A DNA stretch of 64,000 nt from an uncultured Nitrospiraceae bacterium (GCA_963846575.1 CAWJWJ010000002.1:1824001-1888000), one strand, 5' to 3'. Counted from the first letter of the stretch, positions 41,121-52,999 are shown. Translations and numbers: made by a program. The notes: generated from the sequence alone by a model not told the origin.

Positions 41121-41671
41121 ATGAAGTAGGCCTTGCGTTCTTGTTGGTTCTCCTGTTGGTTCCCAGCTCACCCCTCTCCGCACAGACCCCTTGTGCGGAT
41201 TGTTTCGACGCCGCCGAGGCGGAATCGAGGAAATGCTTCGGCAATGCCATTAGCGCAGATGACAAGAGCGGCTGCCTGGAAACCCGGCAAACGCGGATGA
41301 AGAATTGCAACGAGGATCTCTGCAAAGAGGTCAGGGAGGAGCACACCACGGCAACGGAACCGCAACCGGTGCCGGCCCGGCCCGGCTTCGGGGCCTACGT
41401 CCCGACGGAAGGCGAATGGCTCGCGCTAGTCATGAGGACCGGCCTCCGGCGGGAAGCCACGCCAGACCGGCCCTACTCGCTCGACATCGTGCTGGCCGAT
41501 CCGCAGACCATCGAGATCGTCGTCCATCATGCTCCCACGATGAAGCGGGACCAGGTGAACAAAACCATTGAGGCCGCGCGGGAGGCGATCAGGAGCCAGG
41601 CCAGGAGCCATGGGTGGGACAAGTGGGTGAAGATTCGAGAGAAGGTTGAAGTGTCGCCGGGAAAGAAATGA
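41121..41671 (+). CDS. Secreted Cys-containing hypothetical protein (start region has a probable 1-bp deletion)
   Basis: GGAGG RBS and ATG at 41121; the signal peptide continues in the 41141 frame; six Cys in the N-domain. Confidence 0.65.
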
Positions 41672-41805
41672 GAGCATGTAACGCGACCTAAGGCGGTCGC
41701 AGCCGGGTGAAGAAACAGGCGAGGCCGGTCTCCACGAGAGAGCATGGACAATAGGCGGAGCAGAGTGATGCGAAGGCTTCCTCGGTGCTGGGCGAGAGGG
41801 AATAG

Positions 41806-42375
41806 TCAGAGGCGGGCGACGTCATCGGAAATCGGCTGAGCCGGGCAGGTCACGAGCTGAGGGCGGAAGCGTTGCCGGAGCGAGGCGACCACCGCGCCGT
41901 CCGCAGCCGCAGGCAGGACGCACTCGGCGAAGGAATGGCCCGAGGTGATCGCGAGCCGCCCGCAGACAAGGAGGAGAACGACGGTGGCGATCCAGTTGGG
42001 CCAGGCATCCAGCTCCCAACCATACGGGCTGTAATAAAAGGTGTCGCTCACAGGCCAGAAATACTGGATGGGCCAATCGACCCCGCTCCCCAGCCAGTCA
42101 CACAGGAGATGCAGGTGAAACGCGGCAAGGCCCAGCCACCAGACCCTCGGTCGATCCTTCGCCCGGAAGGCACAGAGTCCGGCAATGAGGAGCGCAGCGG
42201 CAAGGCCATGGGTCAGGACATGGTGCCAGCGGCCATAGGCATCGAGACCGGCGAGCAGCGAGAGGCCGTCGAGGTCCGCAGCCACCCCGGACCAGGCCAC
42301 CAACCGGCGATCGCGCCGCGCCGCCAAGCGGTGGCCCACCACCCAGGACAGCATGAGATGTGTGGGGATATGCAT
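41806..42375 (-). CDS. Membrane-bound metal-dependent hydrolase (YdjM-like)
   Basis: THL, ADLD, HHVLTH, HLLCD, FWP. Confidence 0.85.
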   Translation of the reverse strand: MHIPTHLMLSWVVGHRLAARRDRRLVAWSGVAADLDGLSLLAGLDAYGRWHHVLTHGLAAALLIAGLCAFRAKDRPRVWWLGLAAFHLHLLCDWLGSGVDWPIQYFWPVSDTFYYSPYGWELDAWPNWIATVVLLLVCGRLAITSGHSFAECVLPAAADGAVVASLRQRFRPQLVTCPAQPISDDVARL

Positions 42376-42679
42376 AGGGCCGACGCTCCGGCGAAGACGT
42401 CAGAGAGAAGTATAGCAGCCGTGGGGAAGGGGTGAGCGTCGATGGGTTTCGCAACAATCGGCAGGTGGCCACCTCAATCGGTCTGTTGCAGCCATGCGGC
42501 AACGGAACAGGGCCGGCTGATCGGCGGTGCGATCGGAGACCGACTTCTTCGAGGTGGCAGCGACAGGCAATGTAGCGTCAACCGGTCGACGCGGTTGATG
42601 GGGCACGCGCTGGACGACCGTTCTAGGGCGAGATTCTCCAATGGCGCAGTGACAACGGTGCAGGGCTGCAACCGTTTCT

Positions 42680-42831
42680 TAATGTCGAGACGGCGGGAAG
42701 CAGCCTGACCGAGATCGTCGCAAGCAGGACCGGAAGAGGTCGTGGTTGCGCATGAAGCGCTGAGGCGCCTTCGACCGTTCAGTAGTGTTCCCGGCTGGCT
42801 TCCAATACTCGAGTTCTATCGGCTTCGCCAT
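42680..42831 (-). pseudogene. Decayed 5' end of a second RAYT-like transposase
   Basis: MAKPIELEYWKPAGNTTERSKAPQ aligns ungapped to MARPLRLEFPGAVYHVTSRGNARQ (9/24 identical); starts 17 nt inside motif copy 5. Confidence 0.55.
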
Positions 42832-42848
42832 CGCCTGATTCAACGGTA

Positions 42849-42873
42849 CTGTAGGATTGCAAGACCTGACCCT
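42849..42873 (+). repeat. RAYT-associated motif, copy 5 (21/25 match)
   Basis: CTGTAGGATTGCAAGACCTGACCCT. Confidence 0.9.
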
Positions 42874-42902
42874 AACCTTCCTCTTGACCCTAACCTTCCT
42901 CT
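42867..42902 (+). repeat. Exact 18-bp tandem duplication
   Basis: TGACCCTAACCTTCCTCT x2 (42867-42884, 42885-42902). Confidence 0.95.
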
Positions 42903-42905
42903 TTT

Positions 42906-43151
42906 TTATAGAGTGGTATCCTCTGCCTCGTTGTATAACTGCTTTTGTTTCTTGTTTTCGAACCACTGCAGATTCCACATCTCGTATTCGGCCATCTCCA
43001 CTAACTTAATGGCTTGATGCGCAGACTTTTGTGAATCCCAATCCATGTCTTTATCGTTGACCCACTTGTTAAGCCATCTCTTAACGGGCTCAAGCGCTTT
43101 GATCTGCCGGGCGACATCTTGATTCCATTTCTTATCAAGCTTTGCTTTCAT
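42906..43151 (-). CDS. Small AT-rich hypothetical protein
   Basis: AGGAGG RBS; 81 aa, helical; stop 3 bp from the duplicated motif. Confidence 0.65.
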   Translation of the reverse strand: MKAKLDKKWNQDVARQIKALEPVKRWLNKWVNDKDMDWDSQKSAHQAIKLVEMAEYEMWNLQWFENKKQKQLYNEAEDTTL

Positions 43152-43450
43152 TCAACCTCCTAGGTTGTTTGTTATCGTTAGAAATTGCTCCAAGACAGCG
43201 TCGAGATCATCCAAGATTTCTTGCACGATAATGTCAGGAGCGGTCGGACAGGAAGCCCGCCGCCCCTCCGAGCAGGCTGGGCCAACTGTAATTGTCGGGG
43301 ATCTGGCTCGGCTGTTTATACGACGCCTATCGCCCCTCATCCGCCATTTAAGTAACGGCAACTATGTTAACGGCTCATCATAGGCGCCATAACTCATCCC
43401 ATCACCACACGACACGTTGCAGTAGTTCCAGCGTGTGTAACAATTTGCGT
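43152..43450 (-). pseudogene. hsdM: Type I R-M methyltransferase remnant (N- and C-termini only)
   Basis: WNYCNVSCGDGMSYGAYDEPLT*LPLLK/MADE (HsdM N-terminus) joined to APDIIVQEILDDLDAVLEQF (HsdM C-terminus). Confidence 0.8.
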
Positions 43451-43457
43451 ACCTTGA

Positions 43458-45326
43458 TTAACCAATCGTCAGCTGTTTCATTTGTGCAAACCAATCGATT
43501 ATCTCTCCGCTAGGATCAACCTGCTCCAAACGTGCCATTGTCATCAGGGCGGCAGACTGGTCATTTAAGTGGCACTTCGCCTTCGAAATTTTTCTTTTCT
43601 TCGCCTCACCATCTAACTGGCTCCAGAGGGTCTGACTGCCGTTAATGGCATGAACCTTTTGGGCTACTGAAGCTGGCACATCATCGTAATCCCCAAAGTT
43701 ACTAGTCAGCCCAAGAGGCATGTTCAATCGCGAATACGCTTCGTTTATCGCATCAAAATGCAAGTAATTCTCCATCTCCTTCTTCGCGGTGATGACAGCC
43801 TTGCATCCGGACCGTGAGTTGATCGCCTGAGCTTCAGCTTGATAACGCGCTGCGGCTGGGGGCTGTGTATCGCGGTCAAATAGGTGAAACTCGGGTCGAC
43901 ATAGTGGAGCCAAGCGAGACGTCCACAACGCCAAAGATGATCCCCCGAGAGGGAAAAAGATCAATTCGCCAGAAAGCTCCATGTTTCCCAAGTCCAAGAC
44001 CTCGACTCCTGACAATATTAGAATCTTCGACATGTGCTTCAAAAACGCTATATCGTGTTTACCTTCGACCCCTATGAAAAGCTTAATCGAGTTGTCAGGA
44101 AGCACCCCTAGTGACTTAGCAAACAACTTGTTCGTATCTCCCCCACCTCGGAGTACCTCCCGCGTTTTATCCGCGTTCTGGTGAATGAAGCGGAGACAAT
44201 TGTCCTCCAATGTCCTTGCAAGCATCGGTGTGTGAGTAGTTATTACAACCTGGTTCTCAGTGGAAAGGTCCGTCAAGGCACTAACTAGCATTCGTTGATT
44301 GTGTGGGTGTTGGCTCGTCTCAGGTTCTTCAATTGCGTAAATCACGGGCGCACTGTCTCTTTCTTTACCCTGTTGCTCTGCTTTTGCTCGAAAGAAATTT
44401 AGGAGAATCAGCCGCTTCACACCGCTCCCTCGCTTGTTAATCGGAATGTCTTCATCTCCGGTGATGGTCGCCTTAAATAATGACTCCCATTTGGGCGCAG
44501 TAAACTGGGGGGTTAGCTGCTGAGCCAAGCTTGGGTCCATTTCCTTCAGTTTCTCTAATGTCTTCTGCGCAATTCTCTTCACCTCGGTTTCAACGTGCGT
44601 CACGATAGCATTCAGTTCATGCGCTTTCTGCTTTATGGCCTCTTTCACAGCAACCTTCAACGGATCTTGCGCTTCTGGATCTTGATCTGTACTGGCTCGG
44701 TCTGATTTGAAAAGTGCGAACACCGGGATGTATGCCTTAATGCCCTCCCATGCCTGTTTGGCGTTCTCCACATTCAGAGGAACGAAAACCGGTTGAAGCC
44801 TCAAGTCACCGACTGATTCTCGAATGCGCTGGCGCAACTGAGCATTTATCTTCTGATCAATTCCGAGCAGATCGATCTGCAGCTCTTTCGCTCGCTTCTT
44901 AAGTTCGGCATTCTTTAGCTGCAGTAAATCCGAAGCTCCGGCCGTAGTTGGATGTATGGCGAAGGCCGCTATGTTGATGCACTTTGGAGTAGCCGTGTGG
45001 CCACTGTATGTCTTATGGATTTCTAAGCAAGCTTTGCTGTTCAGTAGATATTCGCCTTGAAATGTCGTCGGGAAATCCTCGTCAACGACAGCACTGGTTG
45101 GCAGATCGGTGAACTCGCAGATGATTGTCAGATCTTTCGCATCGCCGTTCTTGCTCGCGTCGTTCTTGTCAGGAGTACCATCGTTCAGGAAAATATCAAG
45201 ACCGTCCATCACCGTAGACTTACCGGCATCATTCCTGCCCACAAATGCCGTCATTTCACCGAAATCGAAAGCAATCTCGTCTCTATAGCAGCGAAAATTG
45301 CGAACCCTTAGTCGCGAAAGTTTCAT
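43458..45326 (-). CDS. OLD-family ABC-ATPase/Toprim nuclease
   Basis: Walker A GRNDAGKS, KRGSG signature, Walker B IEEPE, TTHTP; Toprim VEGKHD and FDRD; AT-rich codon use. Confidence 0.88.
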   Translation of the reverse strand: MKLSRLRVRNFRCYRDEIAFDFGEMTAFVGRNDAGKSTVMDGLDIFLNDGTPDKNDASKNGDAKDLTIICEFTDLPTSAVVDEDFPTTFQGEYLLNSKACLEIHKTYSGHTATPKCINIAAFAIHPTTAGASDLLQLKNAELKKRAKELQIDLLGIDQKINAQLRQRIRESVGDLRLQPVFVPLNVENAKQAWEGIKAYIPVFALFKSDRASTDQDPEAQDPLKVAVKEAIKQKAHELNAIVTHVETEVKRIAQKTLEKLKEMDPSLAQQLTPQFTAPKWESLFKATITGDEDIPINKRGSGVKRLILLNFFRAKAEQQGKERDSAPVIYAIEEPETSQHPHNQRMLVSALTDLSTENQVVITTHTPMLARTLEDNCLRFIHQNADKTREVLRGGGDTNKLFAKSLGVLPDNSIKLFIGVEGKHDIAFLKHMSKILILSGVEVLDLGNMELSGELIFFPLGGSSLALWTSRLAPLCRPEFHLFDRDTQPPAAARYQAEAQAINSRSGCKAVITAKKEMENYLHFDAINEAYSRLNMPLGLTSNFGDYDDVPASVAQKVHAINGSQTLWSQLDGEAKKRKISKAKCHLNDQSAALMTMARLEQVDPSGEIIDWFAQMKQLTIG

Positions 45327-45342
45327 TGTCAACGACCTGAAC

Positions 45343-45480
45343 TTATTGTGAGACTAAGCCTGACGGAAAGGCACTCGTAAGAACAAACTGCCTCAGTCGC
45401 CCGGCACGGTCGAAGTTGCCATTGAAGCTGCCTTCAAGCTCCTCGATGACCAGCAGGCGGCGCTCGACTTCAGCCACCAT
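45343..45480 (-). pseudogene. hsdS: Type I R-M specificity subunit, C-terminal remnant
   Basis: VAEVERRLLVIEELE...RAGRLRQFVLTSAF..LV resembles the conserved HsdS C-terminal helix. Confidence 0.75.
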
Positions 45481-45523
45481 CTCCGATCGCGCTCTTCCAG
45501 GAATTAGTCAAGCTGGGAATCTT

Positions 45524-45634
45524 TTAAAACTCTGTCCACGTGAATGCTGATGGACTGTAATCCCGCACGACCCATCCCGCATGGCCCAGCATCTCGTCGA
45601 TCTTCTGGCGGGCGTTGTCTTCAGGCGTGGGCAT
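45524..45634 (-). pseudogene. hsdR: Type I R-M restriction subunit, N-terminal remnant
   Basis: MPTPEDNARQKIDEMLGHAGWVVRD, then premature stop. Confidence 0.7.
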
Positions 45635-45733
45635 CGTTCGAACAGGAATAGTTGGAGCTCGGTTCAAGCCGCCGCAGCATACCCTTTTGCGCCGAGGGCC
45701 ACAATCGTTCGACGTAGAATTTCTTAGGCCCGT

Positions 45734-46057
45734 TCAGTCTTCATCCTCGTCCAAAATTGCACGTAAATTGTTGTACGGCGGCCCCGGCTCGCCTACCCAC
45801 CAACCGGGTTCGTTGCCGGAGTCGACTTTCTCACCGCTGACCAGGACCCGCACGGCGATGCAGCGGCCCTGTTCGCGATGCCGGCGAAAGTCCTGCTCGG
45901 TCACGGCCAGGTGCACGTCGCGCTCGCAGGCCCCGCAATGCCGGACCCCTTCGTCGGCGGTCGGCTGCAGCCCTTCCCACGTCCGCGGGCACTTGAAGCG
46001 GAATTCACAACTGATTCTGGCTTCTTCGTTCCAACTCGTGGCCATTCGAACCTCCAT
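45734..46057 (-). CDS. Small Cys-rich hypothetical protein
   Basis: CEFRFKCPRTWEGL..VRHCGACERDVH..GRCIAV. Confidence 0.75.
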   Translation of the reverse strand: MEVRMATSWNEEARISCEFRFKCPRTWEGLQPTADEGVRHCGACERDVHLAVTEQDFRRHREQGRCIAVRVLVSGEKVDSGNEPGWWVGEPGPPYNNLRAILDEDED

Positions 46058-46150
46058 TCCTCGGGTACGGCCTTGCCGCCCGCTCGATCGCTACCGGATT
46101 GTCCCTAGGGCCAGCCCCGTGACATGCCTAGATCCGCAATGAGTCGCGTG

Positions 46151-46185
46151 AGAGTACCATGCCCGCGTGACATTCCGGGTCACGG
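46151..46185 (-). promoter_or_regulatory. Putative WYL-regulator operator/promoter, site 2
   Basis: Minus strand CCGTGACCcggaATGTCACGcgggcaTGG-TACTCT. Confidence 0.7.
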
Positions 46186-46426
46186 TATGGGCAGAGCTGA
46201 GGCCGATGCAGACGAGTCACCCGTTTCGGCCCGGCTCGGCTCCCCTGTCTGCTGTCCTCGAAATCCGTTGCGGAGAAACGCTCCACCTTTCGTTGGCGGC
46301 GGCTATGCGGGTCCGACGAGACGACGCGAAAGGTTCCCGGAACGAAGCGGAAACCCTCGTGAATGTTTCTTTGCTCTCGGTGGCCCCACTCGTTAAGATG
46401 TGGACTATTCAACGGGGGCGTGACAC

Positions 46427-49114
<2,688 letters not shown>

Positions 49115-49150
49115 GCTCGCGATGGGCGAAACGAAAGAAATGAGGATCGC

Positions 49151-50797
49151 ATGAAGGTGGAACTGCCGTTTCTCGCGGAAGGGATCGAAGGCGGCGATGT
49201 CGTTCAAGTCCTGGTCCACGAAGGCGACCAGGTGACGGAAGGGCAATCGCTGATCGAGCTGGAAACCGACAAGGCGACCGTCCCGGTGCCGTCGCCCGCT
49301 GCGGGCAAGGTCGGCAAGGTGCTGGTGAAAAACGGCGACCACCTGAAGGTCGGACAAGCCCTGATGGAAGTGGACGGCGATGGGGCCCAGCCGGATCAAC
49401 AGAAGGCCTCGGCAAAGAAGACGGAGCAAGAGACTGACGCTGCACCGGCCAAGCCGCAGGCGACCGACAAGAAACCAACAACGGACAAAACATCCGCGCC
49501 TGCCAAGGAATCAGCGCCCTCACCCCAGCCGGACCCCGAGGTCGAAGCCGCGCATGCGGACGCCGTGGAAGAAAAGGAAAAGCCGCCGGCTCAAGAGAAG
49601 GACTCGCCGGAGAAGACGGAGAAAGAGGCCTCCGCACCGGCCCAGCCAAAGGCGGCCGGCAAGAAACCAGCAACGGACAAGAAATCCTCACCTGCCAAGG
49701 AACCCACGTCCTCGCCTCAGCCGGAAGCCGACGCCGAGGCCGCGGATGACCACGCCGGCGACGAAGAGGAAGCGCCGCCGGCTCAACCCGCTGCCGCCCC
49801 GAAACCGGCCGCGGCTCAGCCCTCCAAACCCGAACCCCAGGCCAAGGAACCGCCTTCCGGCGAACCATCGGCCGGCGACGTCTCCGCAGGCCCGGGAGTG
49901 GCCGCCCCTCCTTCGGTGCGTCGCCTGGCGCGCGAGTTGGGCGTGGACCTCACGCAGGTGAAGGGGTCGGAAGCCGGCGGCCGGATCACCGCCGAGGACG
50001 TGAAGACCTACGTGCGCGAGCGGACGAGACGCAGCGGCGCGCCCGGGAGCAAGGACGCACAGGAGAAGAGCGGGAACGTCTTTACCACGATGTACGGGAC
50101 CGAGCGGCGGGAAGCGATCTCTTCGCTCCGCCGGAAGATCGCGGCCACGGTGACGCAGGCCTGGACGACGATCCCGCACGTCCATCAGTTCCAGGAGGCC
50201 GACGTCACGGATCTGATGGCCCTGCACAAACGGTATGCGCCCCAGTTCAAGCAGAGAGGCGCCACGCTCACGCTGACCAGCCTGTTTCTCAAGGCCGCGA
50301 CCCACGCGCTGAAACTTTTCCCGCAGTTCAATGCGACGGTGGACCTGACCAACGGCGAAGTGATCTACAAGGACTATTACAACATCGGCGTGGCGGTGGA
50401 CACGCCGGCCGGGTTGATCGTGCCGGTCGTCCATCGTGTCGACCAGAAGGATCTGCTCCAGATTTCCCTGGAGATCGCCGATCTGGCCGAACGCACCAGA
50501 ACCCGCCAGATCAAACTCGAGGAACTGCGGGGCGCCACGTTCACGGTCAGCAACATGGGCGGCCTCAACGCCGGCCCGTTCACGCCCATCATCATGCCGC
50601 CGCAGGTCGCGATCCTGGGCATGGGCAAGGGCCGGCGGGTGCCGGTGTATCGCGACGGCCAATTGGTGCCCCGCGTGATGCTGCCGCTCTGCGTGGCCTA
50701 CGACCATCGGCTGATCGACGGCGCCGACGGCGCGCGGTTCACCAACGAGATCGTCAAAGTGCTGGAAGATTTTCAAGCGATGTTCATGGGCTTGTGA
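49151..50797 (+). CDS. aceF: Dihydrolipoamide acetyltransferase E2 (single lipoyl domain, very long linker)
   Basis: ETDKA lipoyl motif, PSVRRLARE, YDHRLIDG. Confidence 0.92.
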   Translation: MKVELPFLAEGIEGGDVVQVLVHEGDQVTEGQSLIELETDKATVPVPSPAAGKVGKVLVKNGDHLKVGQALMEVDGDGAQPDQQKASAKKTEQETDAAPAKPQATDKKPTTDKTSAPAKESAPSPQPDPEVEAAHADAVEEKEKPPAQEKDSPEKTEKEASAPAQPKAAGKKPATDKKSSPAKEPTSSPQPEADAEAADDHAGDEEEAPPAQPAAAPKPAAAQPSKPEPQAKEPPSGEPSAGDVSAGPGVAAPPSVRRLARELGVDLTQVKGSEAGGRITAEDVKTYVRERTRRSGAPGSKDAQEKSGNVFTTMYGTERREAISSLRRKIAATVTQAWTTIPHVHQFQEADVTDLMALHKRYAPQFKQRGATLTLTSLFLKAATHALKLFPQFNATVDLTNGEVIYKDYYNIGVAVDTPAGLIVPVVHRVDQKDLLQISLEIADLAERTRTRQIKLEELRGATFTVSNMGGLNAGPFTPIIMPPQVAILGMGKGRRVPVYRDGQLVPRVMLPLCVAYDHRLIDGADGARFTNEIVKVLEDFQAMFMGL

Positions 50798-50815
50798 CCA
50801 GGGAGAAGGACGCCG

Positions 50816-52234
50816 ATGGCTGATACGACGTATGACGTGGCGGTGGTCGGGGCGGGACCTGGCGGTTATGCCGCCGCCTTCAAAGCCGCGGACCTTGGAT
50901 TGCGCACGGTCGTGATCGACCAGGAACCGAAGCTGGGCGGGGTCTGTCTCCTGCGCGGCTGCATTCCCTCGAAGGCGCTGCTGCATGCAGCCCGGCTGAT
51001 CACCGACGCGGAGGAGGCCGAAGGCTGGGGCATCCGCTTCGAGAAGCCTGTCCTCGATCTCGACGCCCTGCGCCGCCGGAAAGAGACGATCATCGGCAAG
51101 CTCACCAAGGGCATCCAGACCCTGGCGGGCGCGCGCAAGGTCGAGGTGATCCAAGGCCGGGCGCAATTCAAGAACGCGACGACGCTGATCGTGTCCGGTC
51201 CACCGGATCAGACCGCACAGCGGGAAATTACGTTCGCCCAGGCCATCCTCGCCACCGGTTCGCGGCCGGCCATTCCAGGTTCGCTCACGCTCAACGATCC
51301 GCGCGTGCTGGATTCGACCGGCGCGCTGGACCTCCCCGATATTCCCGGCCGCCTGCTCGTCGTCGGGGGCGGCTATATCGGCCTCGAGCTGGGCACCGTG
51401 TACCAGGCGTTGGGCTCGGAGGTGACGGTCGTCGAAGCCCTGCCGCGTTTGTTGAACGGCGCCGACCCCGATCTCGTGAGGCCGCTGCAACAGCGCCTGC
51501 AGCGGCGATTCAAGGCGATCAGGCTCGACACCTCGGTCGAGAAGCTCGAGGCCAAGGACGACGGCATCGCGGCGACCTGCAAAGGTCCGGACGGACAGAC
51601 CACCGAGGTCTTCGATCGCGTGCTCGTGGCCGTCGGACGGAAGCCGAACAGCGGACAGCTGGGGCTCGAACAGACCAAGGTTCAGATCTCCGAGAAGGGC
51701 TTCGTCCAGGTCGACCGGCAGATGCGCACCGCCGAGCCGAGCATCTTCGCCATCGGCGACGTGGTCGGCGAGCCGATGCTCGCCCACAAGGCCTCGCATG
51801 AAGGATTGGTCGCGGCCCGGGTGATCGCCGGGCAGCCGGACGCGTTCGATGCGACGATTCCAGCCGTGATTTTCACCGATCCCGAAATTGCCTGGTGCGG
51901 ACTCACGGAAGAAGCCGCCAAGGCCTCGGGGCAGGCGGTGAAGATCGCCCGGTTCCCCTGGGCGGCCTCCGGCCGCGCCACCACGGTGGGCCGCAACGAC
52001 GGCCTCACGAAATTGGTGTTGGAGGCGGAATCCGGACGCGTGCTGGGGATGGGTGTCTGCGGGGCCGGCGCGGGCGAGTTGATCGCCGAAGGTGTCCTGG
52101 CCATCGAAATGGGTGCGACGGCCGAAGACGTGGCCGCCTCGATTCATCCCCATCCCACGTTGAGCGAGACCGTCATGGAAGCCGCCGAAACCTTCCACGG
52201 ACAGGCCACCCACATCTACCTGCCGAAGCGGTAG
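50816..52234 (+). CDS. lpdA: Dihydrolipoamide dehydrogenase E3
   Basis: GAGPGGY, GGVCLLRGCIPSK, HPHPTLSE. Confidence 0.95.
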   Translation: MADTTYDVAVVGAGPGGYAAAFKAADLGLRTVVIDQEPKLGGVCLLRGCIPSKALLHAARLITDAEEAEGWGIRFEKPVLDLDALRRRKETIIGKLTKGIQTLAGARKVEVIQGRAQFKNATTLIVSGPPDQTAQREITFAQAILATGSRPAIPGSLTLNDPRVLDSTGALDLPDIPGRLLVVGGGYIGLELGTVYQALGSEVTVVEALPRLLNGADPDLVRPLQQRLQRRFKAIRLDTSVEKLEAKDDGIAATCKGPDGQTTEVFDRVLVAVGRKPNSGQLGLEQTKVQISEKGFVQVDRQMRTAEPSIFAIGDVVGEPMLAHKASHEGLVAARVIAGQPDAFDATIPAVIFTDPEIAWCGLTEEAAKASGQAVKIARFPWAASGRATTVGRNDGLTKLVLEAESGRVLGMGVCGAGAGELIAEGVLAIEMGATAEDVAASIHPHPTLSETVMEAAETFHGQATHIYLPKR

Positions 52235-52237
52235 CCG

Positions 52238-52999
52238 GTGCGTCCGCTGCGCCTGCTCGACCTGACCCTCCCCTCCCCCGTGGAAAACCTCGCGCTGGAC
52301 GATGCGCTGCTCGACGAACTGGATGAAGGGGGCGGCGAGCCGGTCCTGCGGTTTTGGGAAAGCGACCGCTATTTCGTGGTGCTGGGCCCCGCTTGCCGGC
52401 GCTGCGACGACGTCCATGCCGCCGCCTGTGAACAGGACGCTATTCCGGTGCTCCGGCGCGCCAGCGGCGGGGGGACCGTGCTGCAAGGACCCGGCTGTCT
52501 CTCCTACGCGTTGATTCTGCCCCTGACGCTCCATCCCGACCTGTCGGATATCCGTGCGACCAACCGGCTCATCCTCGAACGGATCGCCCGCGCGCTCCAT
52601 CGCTGGGAGCCGGCCACCGCCTTTCGCGGCATCAGCGATCTGGCGATCGACGGACACAAAATCTCAGGGAATGCTCAACGACGAAAACGCCACGCGCTCC
52701 TCTTTCATGGCACGGTGCTCCATGCCATGCCGGCCGATCTGATCGCGCGTTATCTGAAACATCCGGAACGGCAGCCGGACTATCGCGCAGACCGGCCGCA
52801 CGGCACGTTTCTCCGGACGATCGATGTCCCGTCGTACGATCTGAAGCGGGCGATTGCCGGGATATGGGATGTCGGCCCGCCGCTCGACCGCTGGCCGGAA
52901 GCCCGGATGCCGGGCTGTATCCGACACGTGCTGGACCGGACGGGCAACGAACCGCCGCCGCGCGCGGGCGACGGACCGCTGAAGCGGATGGTTCTCTAA
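52238..52999 (+). CDS. lplA: Lipoate-protein ligase A family protein
   Basis: NLALD, RRASGGGTV, KISGNAQ, HGTVL; directly after lpdA. Confidence 0.85.
   Translation: MRPLRLLDLTLPSPVENLALDDALLDELDEGGGEPVLRFWESDRYFVVLGPACRRCDDVHAAACEQDAIPVLRRASGGGTVLQGPGCLSYALILPLTLHPDLSDIRATNRLILERIARALHRWEPATAFRGISDLAIDGHKISGNAQRRKRHALLFHGTVLHAMPADLIARYLKHPERQPDYRADRPHGTFLRTIDVPSYDLKRAIAGIWDVGPPLDRWPEARMPGCIRHVLDRTGNEPPPRAGDGPLKRMVL

Noticed and set aside
41121..41140. Premature stop right after ATG 41121
   Set aside because: Adding one A restores a normal signal peptide, so this is likely a homopolymer error rather than regulation.
24601..42902. CRISPR array or integron attC interpretation of the 25-bp repeats
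   Set aside because: Spacing is 5-7 kb, there are no cas or integron integrase genes, and there is no attC-like hairpin.
43458..45326. Gabija or retron/PARIS system call
   Set aside because: No adjacent UvrD-like GajB, reverse transcriptase or second partner gene is present; only a stand-alone OLD-family gene is supported.
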